NCBI GenBank assembly: GCA_963575745.1
Contig: CAUYUJ010000225.1
Location: forward strand, 682,001-746,000
Origin: Prorocentrum cordatum
Lineage: Eukaryota
DNA length: 64,000 nt
Direction of reading: 5' to 3'
Shown: positions 14,001 through 26,582 of the stretch, in pieces
How the letters are laid out: each line of letters starts with the position of its first letter
Numbering within the stretch: position 1 is the first letter of the stretch
Notes under the pieces: generated by a model
What the model was told of the DNA's origin: nothing
Database searches by the model: none
The model's input: the letters and a program-made list of their open reading frames with translations, nothing else
Translations under genes and position numbers: made by a program

Positions 14001-17000
14001 GGATAACCTGCCTCCCCATGCAACTGCAGCACTCCTTTATAATCAGTATAAACGCTGGCAACCTGGCTCGAGAGTCTACCCGCCGCCACGGCTGCGAGGT
14101 GCTCAGCCGCCCCCGAGGTTTGGGATCCCAGGGTCCCAACGCGGCCACTGAAGGTGGCAAACTCTTCACCATCAACCATGCACGCTACAGCAAACGCTGC
14201 CGCATTGAAATCATAGTGGCCGTGATTCGTACAGCTGCCGTCAATAAACACATCCCCTTTGAACGCTTCCTCAAGCCTTAAATGAGGGTCTCGACACCAG
14301 AACTGGGCGGTTTCAAGGCCAGTGCCAGGAGGGGGGGGAGCCCACGAAATCGGGTTTAAACTGGAAGCCGAGGTGGAGGGGGGAGGTGCCAGAGATCGGG
14401 TCTTTCAACCTACGAAGCTCCCCACTATCGAACACTTCTCTGGCGTTGGCGGTCTTGGGGCACTCCAGGAGGCGATGTTGGAGGTCGTCTTTGTGGTGTC
14501 CACATGGGCAACCTTGGGGCACGTCGTATCCCGCTGATAGGGCACGCTCCATAGTCCAAATACTCTGTGTGGCAAAGGCCAGCAACGTGCCGCGCTGCTG
14601 CTTGGTCACGTCGTCTGACCTGAAGATGGTGCATGGTGCTGCGGCATCCAGCCGCTCTCCTTGAAAACCCATCTTGGCAGCGGCCCGCTCTGCGAGGCGG
14701 TCGTGCCAGGCAATCTCGAGCTGCTTGGCAATGTAGGCTGGGGGGGGGGGGTCCTGGGAGGGGGTACTCAAGTCCTGCAGGGGTCACAAACCTAAAGGGC
14801 CCCTGGAACGACCAACCCACTCTGGCCAACGAAAGGGCCGCAGCACTGAGAGGGCCCCTACAGGGGCCCCACGCTTTAGAAACCCTCGGCAACATAGCCT
14901 CACCCCAGTAGCTGAGTTGCTGGAGACTGACCACATCCTTGTCAGGAAGGGTATGGGCCTCCCAGACGAGACGGTGCCACATGAGCGCGGGCCCGGGGCC
15001 CGCTTTCCACAGGGGGTCCTGGAGGATGAGGAGGGCGAGAGTACGGCTCCTTGAGGCGCACCTAGGACCTGCCGCGGCCAAATACTGAGACTGTGCCTGC
15101 GCGAGCATCGTGTTGCTGATGCCCGTGACCTCCACTCCGAAGGTGGTGGCCGCAGCCAGGCCAGCATTATATAATTTCTTCCCATTGCCTCCAGCATGTT
15201 TGATCATTTTAATGCGGGCCATGCGTTTCTTGATCTTGATGATGCGCTCCATAAGTTTCCTTCCTCTCCTCCATCCCCTTTGGGGTCGTCCAGCTCCGCT
15301 TTCGATGCCGAGGTTGGGTCCTGAGATATCCGTGGAGGGCCCCGCGAGCGTCCCGAGGGTCTTCCTAAGCTTGTTTTGGAGGTCCTGGCTGGAGGCTAAA
15401 ACCTGGCTCTTCTTGTTAGCAATCTGGCACTTAAAGTCGTGCTGGATACATGTGGCTAAAGACCTGGCCGCCGAACTCGTCTGGCAAATCACAGCGTCGT
15501 AGCTCCTGCCATGACACTGCAGCAACAAATCGTCGATAAACATCGCGAGACGGACGTGGCTGTGTGCGGCCGTCCACTGGTCAAGGGGAGCGAGCACATA
15601 CATTTGGACCAGGTACGTTGCCCACCCACACCCAGCAATGAGACCCCTCCACGCCTTGCCGACACTGACACAAACATCTTGCATGGCAACGAACCTGGAA
15701 CCTCCGTACTGAGCGAGGATGACGCGGAGCAAGCAGCACGGGACACCAGACGCCACAGCACGCATGCGAGGCACTCACGATCAACATGTTCATAATAATT
15801 CGATAGGTCCCACAGAACTTGAGCGGAGTGTTGGGGTTCCTCACGGCAAGCGTGAAATTCGCATTCAAGCGACTGAGCGTAGACGAGTTCCACGATGGAG
15901 TGCCCCGCCTGGTGTGCTATGTAGGGTCGTTTGTGGTGATACTCCCACTCACGGGCCGCCGACCTTCGCAAACGGGCCCACACACGATAAAGAGCAGGGA
16001 GCATGCCAATCGACCGAAAGGCTGGTTGTGCGTCGATGTCTTCCTGCTGTTTGAGTTTGAGCATGAGGGTCGAGATAGCACCCTGCAGCTGCGATGGCAT
16101 GTGCCCGATCTGCTCAACAAGCTCGATCAACTTACAGACTAGGTCAGCTTGCTCGTCGTCGAGCATGGCGAAATGACGTGGGTGCACTCCATCCCACGTT
16201 GAGGCCGTACTGCGCGGAAAACTTCGAGACACTTTGCGGAGGCGCTCGGGGGTGATGGGTCACAGGGCCACTCTGTCGTCGGTCGGGGGAACCCACTGCG
16301 GAGGGGCTTCGGGATGGACGTTCCAAATCTCGGCGAGTCTGTCGGCCTCAACCTGGAGGATGTGCTGCGGGCGTCCAGAAAAACGCTGGCGATGCACAAC
16401 AGAGACTGGCTTCCAGGCTTCGAGCTTCTTCGTCCACCTGTGCGCCCATCCCACTCCACCTCTCGTAGAAGATTGCGCCCAATCCCTCCACTCCTGCCCG
16501 TCCTTAATGTGCTCGGCGGCAAGCTCAGAGTTGATTACCTTGCCGACCTGTTCGAGCAGATCATCTAAAATCTGGATGCCCAGCGCAGTGTTGAGCCTCT
16601 GCGCCTGGAAATCCTCATGCAAAGGTCCTGCAGCTATACGAACTTCCTGCAGCCCTTGGGCCAGGGCAGGGGAGGTGTTAAAGCTATCTGGGCTGTCTTC
16701 CAGACTGTCCAGGGTGTCCCGAAACTCCTGGAGATCCTCATCCTGGATGCTGCGCCGAAAACCTTGCAGCCGATTCTGGGGCCAACGAAGGGGCCTGGAG
16801 TAGGCCGTCCAGCGTTTTCGTCCCTGGGAGCACTTGGCACTCGCCGAGACCCAGTGGATCTGGGGGGTGGGCCCTGGGGGTTTTGCTGGGTTTGAAGGGG
16901 GTGTCCGTTTTCACACTGAGTGTGTGTTCCAGGTCCTGGACGAGGGTGTAGTACACGTGGTCCAGGATGGTGGAGCGCTGCTGGTCGGAGAGGGGCTGGG

Positions 17001-19578
17001 GAGCATCTCCGAGAAGCTGGATAGCATAATCTACCACTGCAGCTGTCTGATGCCAACTTACCGACGGGAGCTGACGTCCTATAGGCGTCCTAGTGGGGAG
17101 CTTCTAGGGCCCGAGGAGCGCCGGGATCTTAAAGTTGTCCTGCACTCGCAGGGTCATGATAACAGGACGGTGGGGTGGGGGGGGGGGAGAGGATAGGAGG
17201 CCAAGGAACGAGGGGGTTCAGCCATGGCCCGAAGGCCTGGCTGTGGAGAAAGAAATCGTTGGTCGACTTCGTCTTCTTAGTGTAGTAGGTGGCCGCGGTG
17301 GGCGCCGCAACCAACATCGTGGCACGAGTAAGAAAATCCGTGCCTGTCTGGATCCTCTCTGGCTGCAAATTGAAATCACCAGCAACAATGAGAGGCTTGC
17401 CCGCGAGATCCTGGGTCTGGCCGATTGTGGCCAGCAGGTTTAGATGTGTCTCATTGAGACCCACAGAAGCCTGAACATAAGCGCTCACCAAACCGAAGGC
17501 TGGGACCCCTGGTGCTTCAATGGCAACTCCAGCGATTCTGCAGCTGTCCGTCGCGGGAGGGAAGGGGAGAGGCTGGGCCCCCAAGTCCAAGCCGTCCCGA
17601 ACTAAAACCGCCACCCCCGAGACGAGTTCACCCGAGGGGCTGCGGGCGGCTGGCGAAGTGTGGGCGAGCCAGCCGCGTGCGAAGCACCATTGAATCTGAC
17701 GCGTGATGCTATCACCTGACTCTAGCTTGCACTCCTGTGCGCAAATGAAAGTTAAATCATTCGCAGTGGCGGGCTCAACAAAGGCCTTCACTGCTCCCCA
17801 ACACGATCCGTTGATCGTGGCAAACGTGTAGATGTTTTCGTCAGGAACGCGACGTAGTTGGTCCTGAGGCGCCCGCGGCTGCGGTGGCGGCCGCCGCCTT
17901 CGCCCGCTTGACCTCTGGGCCGCTCTCGCCCTGGATCTCCGCCATGCCGCTGGCCGCGGACTGGAAGGCGGACGCCGCGCGCACCAGGGACTCCGACTCG
18001 TCCATCTTGCCGTCGTCGAGCTCGGTGTCGGTCGGGGTCGGCACAAGCTCGGCGGGGTTGGTCTGCTGGCTTGCCGCGGAGCCCGCGTCCACTCCTGACT
18101 CGTCCTCTGGGCGCTGGCCGACGGCAGGGAAGTCAGAGGGCGACTGGGTCTGCGCGTGCTGGGCGGTGAGGTCGTCGAAGTAGGAGGCGAGCTCTGACAC
18201 CTTCGAGCAGAGGTCGGGTGGTGCCCTGCTGCCTGGCGGCATACGGGCTGCGAGAACTCCTTGCAAGGTCGAGAGTAGATCTTCGTCCTTTGTGGCTGCC
18301 TGCATGGCGGCCTGCTTTGCCATGTTGTATTGGCTCTCGAGGCTCTGGATATCCTGCTGCGTGGACTTGGCCTCCTCGACGAGTTTGGAGTGCCGCCCAC
18401 TGACTTCCAGGATGGTCTCGACGAGCTTCTTGAGCTCCGTGGTCTGCGTGATGTACTTCTGGCGCTGTGTCTCCAGCTGGTCCGAGAGAGATTGTGCCTG
18501 TAGATCCAACGACTTGGTAGCCAGGACGGAGGCCCTGGCTTGCTTGAGTTTGCCCAACGTTGCATTGTACTCTTCTCCGTTGGGCTTCCATTTCTTCCAG
18601 AACGTGACCTGCGCCTGCGCCAGGGCCACGATATCTTCTTCTTGTGGCTGTTGTCCTTCCCCGTCGGCGAAGGTGATCGATCCTGGGCGTCGCAGTCCTG
18701 GCGGATGGCTGGGCCCACGAGATCTGTCCCGTCCGCGCCAGCGGCCAGGCTTGTCGGGCTGCGATGGCGGTGGCATGGGCTCTGACCCAGGACCACCTGC
18801 GCCTGGGTTGTTGGCGGCGCCTCCACGAGCGCCTCCGGGTGGTGCATACTGCTGCGACCTGAAGCGGCCACCACATTGATCACAATGCTTAGCCCCAGTA
18901 CTGCTCCAAGTCCAGCCCTTGCACCCACGGCGATTGCACAGGATGTACTTCTGCTGCTTGGCCATCGCTGCTTGTGCTCCCTGCGCCTCCCCAGCGCGCA
19001 CAAAGATGCGAAAACCAACTGCGGTGTCGTGGTGCCGAAAGGGCCACGGGGGGGCCTTCTCGAGCCCCAGCACCCAGGGCCTTCCCTGGATGGCAGTGCG
19101 GCAGTCCTGAGCCCCCAGAGGCCAAGGACTTGAGCCAGGAGGAGGAGGAGGAGGAGGAGGAGCAGGAGGAGGAGGAGGAGGAGGAGGAGGAGGAGGGGGG
19201 GAGGAGAGGGGGAGGAGGGGGAGGGGGAGGAGGACAAGGTAGTTGAGCTCGCGTCAACATCTGACATCCTACCCCTCCCTCCCATCCCTTACCATGGCGC
19301 TGACTTTCTCTATCCGCGGACGCGTGTCGTAGCGGACCTGTGGCTCCGCGCGCGTGTGCGTAGTGGGTGGTGGTGCGCGTGCGTGCGTGCGTGTGTGCGT
19401 GGTTGTGGTTGTTGTGGTGGTGGTAGTGTGTATGTGTGTGTGCGTGCGTGCGTGCGCGTGCGGTGGTGTGTCTGTGTGTGTGTGTGTGTGTTGTAGTGTG
19501 GTGTGTGGTGTGTGTGGGAGAGTTGTGTGTTGTGTGTGTGTTTGTGTGTGTTAGTGTTGTGTGCGTGCGTGCGTGCGA

Positions 19579-19669
<91 letters not shown>

Positions 19670-22322
19670 TGTGTGCGCGTGTGCTGTGGTGTGACGTGGT
19701 GTGGCGTCTTGGTGGTTTGGTGGTGGGCCAGGTGCGTACGTGCGTGATGGCGGTGGTGGTGGTGGTGGCGGTGGTGGTGTGTGTGTGTCTGTGTGTGTGC
19801 GTGTGTGTGCGTGTAAGTGTGTGTGTGTGTGTGCGTGCGTGCGTGTGTGTCTGTGTGTGCGCGCGTGTGATGTGGTGTGACGCGGTGTAGCGTGGTGGTG
19901 GTGGGTGGGGTAGTGCGGTGGTGGTGGCGGTGCGCGGTGCTGGTGCGCGTGGGTGCGTGCGTGCGTTGGTGGGTGGAAGTGGCGGTGGGTGTGCGTGCGG
20001 CGGGGCGGGGCGTGGTGCGGCGCGGTGGTGGCGGGCGGATGGGCGCGCGAGAAAGAGGCCCGCGCTGGGGCGAGAACGCCATCCTGAACGACGTAGGCAA
20101 AACAACGATCCGAAAATGAGGCCCACGCTGCAGCGGGAGCACGATTCGGAACAATTGGGGAGCAGAAATGAGGCCGACGCCTCAGCGAGAGCAGCATATT
20201 GAAAAACAAAAAAAACAAAAAAACAAAAAAAAAAAAAAAAAAAAAAAAAACGCAGGCCCGAAAACCAAAACGCAAGCAACAACCCAACTCCGGGGAATCG
20301 TGTGTGTGTGTGTGTGTATATAAAAAACACAATACGCGGGGGGGGGGGGCGAATACGCAAAAGACGTCATCAGGGGAAGAGGGAGAGTAGTATTCATATT
20401 GAGTAATTGTGGAGGAGGAGGAGGAGGAGGAGGAGGAGGAGGAGGAGGCGGACCGGAGGAGGCGGAGGGGGAAGCCCTGATGAGTCGGGCCTCCGATTTC
20501 AGGCTTCCCGGCCCTGGCCTATCAGCCACCGGCGGGCGCCCCGGTCCGACATCACCGGCGCGCGTGCCGAGAGCAGCAGGCCCAGCCCGCCCAGGAGGTA
20601 GCTAGCGGCGGTGACGTAGCCGTTGAGGTGCTCCGCCTCGGGCGCCTTCGCGCGCAGCAGCAGCTGCCAGAAGGTCACCACCTCGGAAGTCGGAGGAGGG
20701 CCAGTCGAGGCAACGGCGGCTCTCCCCTGGCGATGTTCGTCCTTGCTGGGGGCCGCTCCTCGTGCCCCCCCTCCTCCTCCTCCTCCTCCTCCTCCTCCTC
20801 CTCCTCCTCCTCCTCCTCCTCCTCCTCCTCCTTCTCCTCCTCCTCCTCCTCCTCATCCTGTGCACTGCAGCGTCGTAGCATTGCACGCGCTGGCCCGCGA
20901 AGGCGGCTGGAAGCGGCCGTCAGAGGCTCATTTCCCCCGTGGTCTGGGTCAAGGGCTGCGGCCCGCAGGCCGGAAGGGGTCATGCCCCCTCCCATGAGCT
21001 TTTTGCCGGCGACCGTCTGTCAGGGCCCTGGTGACTTCCCGACGCCACGGCATGATCCGACTCGAAAAATTGGTCATGATGGTCACGGGGGAGGGGTCAT
21101 TTTGAGCGGACTTGGGCCAGGCGGGTGACCCCTTCGGCCAGGTTGGCGTGGGGCTGGGTGAGAGGGGTCCTGGGAGCTCGGTTCTCGGGCCCCATGGAAG
21201 CTCGCCTGCGAGCCCCAGGGCCGTCAGAAAGAACGACTCAAGGTGACGAGCTAGCCCAGGAGAGAGTCCCGAGGTTTCGCATCCGTTGCCTTCCGGGCCC
21301 CTTTCCTTCGTGGCGGCCGGGCCGTCCCGACGCCCGGCCTCGATCCCGGCCCGATCGCGGCCCGGCTCGTCCCCGCCCGGATCCGGCCCGAGCGCGTCCG
21401 ACCTCGATCGACTGAGGGACCAGTGGCCCATCGACACCCGAGCTCGCCGGGGGGGGAGCACATCCACATCCGCGGCTTCGCGACCTGGACCCTCCGGCAG
21501 CGACCCCATGGACACGGGGCGGCCCGGCGCTGAAGCTCCGCGCGTCGCGCACCCACGGGGCTGCGAGGCAGGGGCGTATCCATATCCGCCGCCTGGGAAC
21601 CGACGCCCTGGTGCCCCAACCGTGCGGCGGATGCGGATATGTTCTGGCCCCCCTTTGGGCCCGAAGATATCCAGATCTATTGCCAGTGGAAGTCCGCGAA
21701 GATCGATCCCCCAGGCGGCGGTTATGGATAAATCCCCGCCTCCGACTCCGAATGGCGTCGCAGACCCACGGGGTCGCGCCCGGGCGTCCGGGCCGCGACG
21801 GGCACCGACATGGACACGCCCGCCGCCAGCGGCGATTGGCGAGCCGGGGCCCTCGGAGGCCGCCACCAGGACGTGCGCCGTGTGCATCGTCACCGCCCAC
21901 ACGGTCCTTCGGTGGCAACTCATAGGAGAGCCCGCACGCCATCTTGGTGGCTCTTGCGAATCGACGCTGGCCGACGCCAGCAGACGCCGCATCGACGATA
22001 TTCGGCGCCAGATCAGCGCCTTCGCATCGACCACCAGGCGCCAGCGCACGCTAGTGCACTCTAGCGGCACTACCAAGACAAACGGGGCTCCCATGATTTG
22101 CTTCCGTCCCCCCCTTGGGCGTCGCGCAATGGGGGGCGATGAGTGGTGGTGAATCAAACAAAAAACGTTCACCTCTCGTGCCCTGTCGACCCAAGAAAAG
22201 TTCCTTTAGGGCCCTTAAAATGCACGAAAAGTGCAACTTTATTCGCCCCTCTTCAGGATGAAATTGATGATGGTGATAATGTCGATGCTGATGATGGTGA
22301 TGTGTTATTGAAATGATGTTGT

Positions 22323-22390
<68 letters not shown>

Positions 22391-23044
22391 GCGGTGCTAT
22401 TGATGATGATGATGGAGACGAGGGTATGGACGGGTTCGTGGCCAGGCGAATGTTTTTGTTCGAGGGGCGCCAGGCATGTACATGGGCCGCTGCACACGAA
22501 CAGTGAGCATGAACACTCGAAGTTCGGGGAGAAGAAAGAGGGAGGGACTTGAGAATGGGAATGCGGCCCGAGTGGAGCCACAAACAACAGCGGAACAGCA
22601 CAATGTGGACGGATCCGTGGTCAGACGACTCTTTTGTGCGAGGGGCGCCAGGCATGGGCTGGGGCCGCTGCGCACGAGCAACAAGTACTATGGCTAGTTC
22701 ACAACACTGGCGACAACCGCAAATATTGCTGAATTTCACAAGCATCTCACTAATCGAGCAACGTACTGCAGGCTATCAACACTGTTCACAATCCTGTCGC
22801 AAGCGGGGCGCGCGACACTCAAGGGCGGCGAAGCCGCGAATTCACGGGCCTTCCTGCCGAGCGCGGGGATGCCCAGATCGCCCAAGTGCCTCTTGTGAGT
22901 GCGGCAACACAACGAAGCGGCAGACGAACACATAGCTGATGTATGATCCTGGGCTCTGGGCCCACGCTCCCTCCCCCCGATGGGATAGGTCTCAGGGTCC
23001 CTCGGCCCCCCCACCCCCCCAAGATGGGATGGGGGGGCGACGGC

Positions 23045-23076
<32 letters not shown>

Positions 23077-26000
23077 CGACGATGACGACGACGACGACGA
23101 CGACAACGACGGCCCACCACCGCACGCCCACAGGGGAAGACCCTACCACGCCACGCCCGCAGGGGGTGGCCCATCGCGCAGGGGGGGCGGGGGGCGATGG
23201 CATCAGCATGAGGGGGGGGGGCCGGGGCCCTGGATCATATATCGTTTAGCGGACGAACGTCCCAGCTAGAAGAGCAAAGTTCGTTTTCACTCACACGGAA
23301 TACATGCGCGAGTCGAACACTGCAATCGGCGGGGCCGGCAGAGAACATTGATACAACCTTCCACATCCCAGATATATGTGGCATCAAGATGGGACAAAGG
23401 AGCGGGTACTTTTCGGCGGAAGCATTTCAACAATATGCTAATGCACGCAGGGTTTACCATATTGGCGATGGCCACAGACCGAGCTTCGGCAGAAACCAAA
23501 CTGGACAGGCTGCACGAATGCTGCAAGGAGCAGCGGGCGGGGACCGTCGACACCACATGGTCGCAGTGCGGGGCTCGATCCAAACGCAAGACATGCAGCC
23601 AGCTCGGATCCGACCGAAGACACGACGGCGCGCGACTGGATCTGAGACGTCGTCGGCAGGGTGGCGACGCGGATCGAGGCGCCCGATTCTGAATCCTGGC
23701 TGCCGCTGAGTCCGCCGCCGCCGCTCCCGCCGAGCTCCAGCGCCGCGGGAGCAGGGCGCCTGCCGCCGAGCAAGGGCGCCTCTCCACTGTCGCGTCGGTC
23801 GGCGCCCCGCGGATCTAAAATCCGCGGCGGCGGCCAGACGAGGGGCGGCGTCGGCGTCGCGGCCAGCGGCGCTTTCAGCGGAAAGACGCCCGATGCGCTC
23901 GTCTGCAAGATGAGCTAGCTCCTCGAGCCGCCGATCGACCTCCCCGCCGAAGGCGACGATCGGCTGCCCGGGGCTTGCGACGAGCAGCTGCGTCCGAGCC
24001 CGCTTCGCGCGGCGGGGCGGGCTCTGGCCAGCTCTGCCCCTTCCTCGCGCGCCTCTGCGAGAGGAGGTCGTCCGAGGCCCCCCGCGACGGAGGGGGCCCA
24101 GCGCCGGCTCGGCCTCCGGGCCGACGTCCGAGGCAGCGCGACGGAACATGCCGCGCGCCTCGTCGGGCGCGATAGTCCACAAACTGTCAGTCGAGGCCTC
24201 CCCGTGCACCGGCGCTTCCAGCCACATTACGAGGCCGTCGACGACCGCGCTCTCGTCGGACTCGCCCGTTTCGCCAGTTCTCGATTGAGGAAGGCGTCGT
24301 TGATGACGAGCGCCCAATGGCCCCGACCCCCCGCCCCGTCGGGGCGAGGGCGCGCGACGCGACGCTGCCTGCCGGGGGGAAGCAGGCCTCGCGCGGCCTC
24401 GGGCAAGCGTCGAGCATCAGCCTGATAAGGACGGCCACGGCGAAGAAGTGCCTGGTCACCAGAACCCCGACGACCGCGGCCATCGCCGCTCGCGGGGGGG
24501 GGGGGGGGGGCGCATCTGCGGCGGCGCCAGCTTCTGCTACCAAGTCAAGGCACGAGCCGCGACATGGCGGGGCGCGGTGCTTCAGCGCCGCCATCAGCGC
24601 CGCCCCCGCGGCGCCAAGGTTCACGCCGTGGGCAACAAAGACGACGTCGCACTCCGCCGCAGTCGAGGAGCCCAGGGAACATCGAGCCCCTTCCGAACTC
24701 AAAGTGCTCCTTGTTGAAACGTCTTGACTGTAGGAGGCCGAAACCATTTTTTTCGGATGCCTGGGGCTGAGGGCGATCGGCCACCGGCGGGCGCGCCCGG
24801 GCGCGTCGGCGCTCAGCGGCGGCCCCGCCGCGCGGCGCCGGCGGCCGTGCAGCCCAGGAGCAGCGCGCAGGCGCAGCAGAGGCCGAGGCCGAGGATCGGA
24901 GGCGCAGAAGCGGACACCAACGCCAGTACTGTCCTGCTCCTCCTCCTCCTCCTCCTCCTCCTCCTCCTCCTCCTCTACCGCCTCGTCATCCTCATCATCA
25001 TCAGCAACAGCAGCATCATCACCATCACCATCACCATTACGATCACCATCACCATCATCGTTATCATCATCCCCACCATCATCATCATCACCATCATACT
25101 CATCACCACCACCGTCACCGCCACCGCCACCGCCGCAGCCACCACCACCACCATCACCATCATCGTCATCATTGTCATCATCTTCACAATCTTCACCATC
25201 GTCATCATCATCGCAATCACCATCATCATGATCACCATCATGATCATCATCATCACCACCATCACCATCACCTTCACCATAATCACCATCTTCATCAAAA
25301 CCACCATCATCACCATCATCTTCACAATCACCATCATCAGCATCATCATCAATCACCTCATCACCTCAGAAGTCACCTTGATCTTCATATTCATCTCCAT
25401 CGCCATCAACATCAATCACCAGCACCATGATCATCATCACAATCACCATCACCATCATCATCATCACCATCATCATCACCACCATCACTATCACCATCAC
25501 CATTATGATCACCGACGATCATCATCAGCCGCATCATGATCATCATCATCATCATGATCATCACCATCATCATCATAGGCAGCAGCAGGACCATCACCAT
25601 CACCATCACCATCATCATCATCGTCATCATCTTCATCAGCAGCATCATCAAAATCACCATCATCGTCATCATTGTCATCATCGTCAGCATCATCACCATC
25701 ATCATCATCACCATCATCATCACCACCATCAACACCATCACCACCACCACCGTCACCACCACAGCCGCGCCCACCATCAGCATCATCATCATCAGCATCG
25801 TCATCTTCACCAGCGTCATCACCATCACCATCACATACCATCTCCATCATTATCATCACCATCATGATTGGCTTCATCGCCATCGTCATCATCATCATCA
25901 TCAGCATCAACTTCAACATAATCATCACCATCATCATCTTCATCTTCACCTTCATCATCACGATCACCACCGTCACCACCATCATCATATTCTTTTTCCT

Positions 26001-26535
26001 CATCAGCATCATCATAACCACCATCACCATCACCATCATTATCACAAACACCATCATAATTACCACCACCATCACCATCACCATCAGCCTCACCGTAACC
26101 ATCATCACCACCATCTCCTTCATCACCATCACCATCACCGTCACCATCATCATCATCATCATCACCAGCAGCAACATCACCACCATAGGCAGAAGCAGCA
26201 TCATCACCATCATCATCATCATTACCATCACCATCAACATCATCGTCATCGTCATCTCCGATATCATCATCATCATCATCATCATCACCACCACCGTCAC
26301 CACCACCACCACCATCATCATCATCATCGTCATCATCATCGTCTGCACCATCGTCATTTTCATTTTCATCACCATCACCATCACCATCGTCACCATCTCC
26401 ATCGTCATCACCATCACCATCACCATCACCGTCATCATTATCACCATCATCATCACCAGTACCATCATCATCACCAACACCGTCATCACCACCAGCAGCA
26501 ACACCACCATAGGCAGAAGCAGCATCATCACGATC

Positions 26536-26582
<47 letters not shown>

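Larger units (their letters stand above)
12977..19137 (-). mobile_element. Near full-length non-LTR retrotransposon (ORF1 plus APE-RT-ZnF-RNase H-Cys/His), frameshifted
   Basis: APE motifs (TING, CAQE, SGVAVL, VSAY, VAGDFN) at ~17150-17840; RT motifs (FRSIGMLP, WDLSNYYE, GLIAGC, MFIDD) at ~15100-16230; CPCG..HRLLEC at ~14470; RNase H motifs (FIDGS, AEHLA, YTD, KVKAH, GNDAAD) at 13830-14251; C-terminal CxxC repeats. Flanked by (GAG)n tracts. Confidence 0.93.

Noticed and set aside
13292..14281. 329-aa plus-strand ORF (similarly 3612-4280 and 31715-32719)
   Set aside because: Antisense to retroelement coding sequence.
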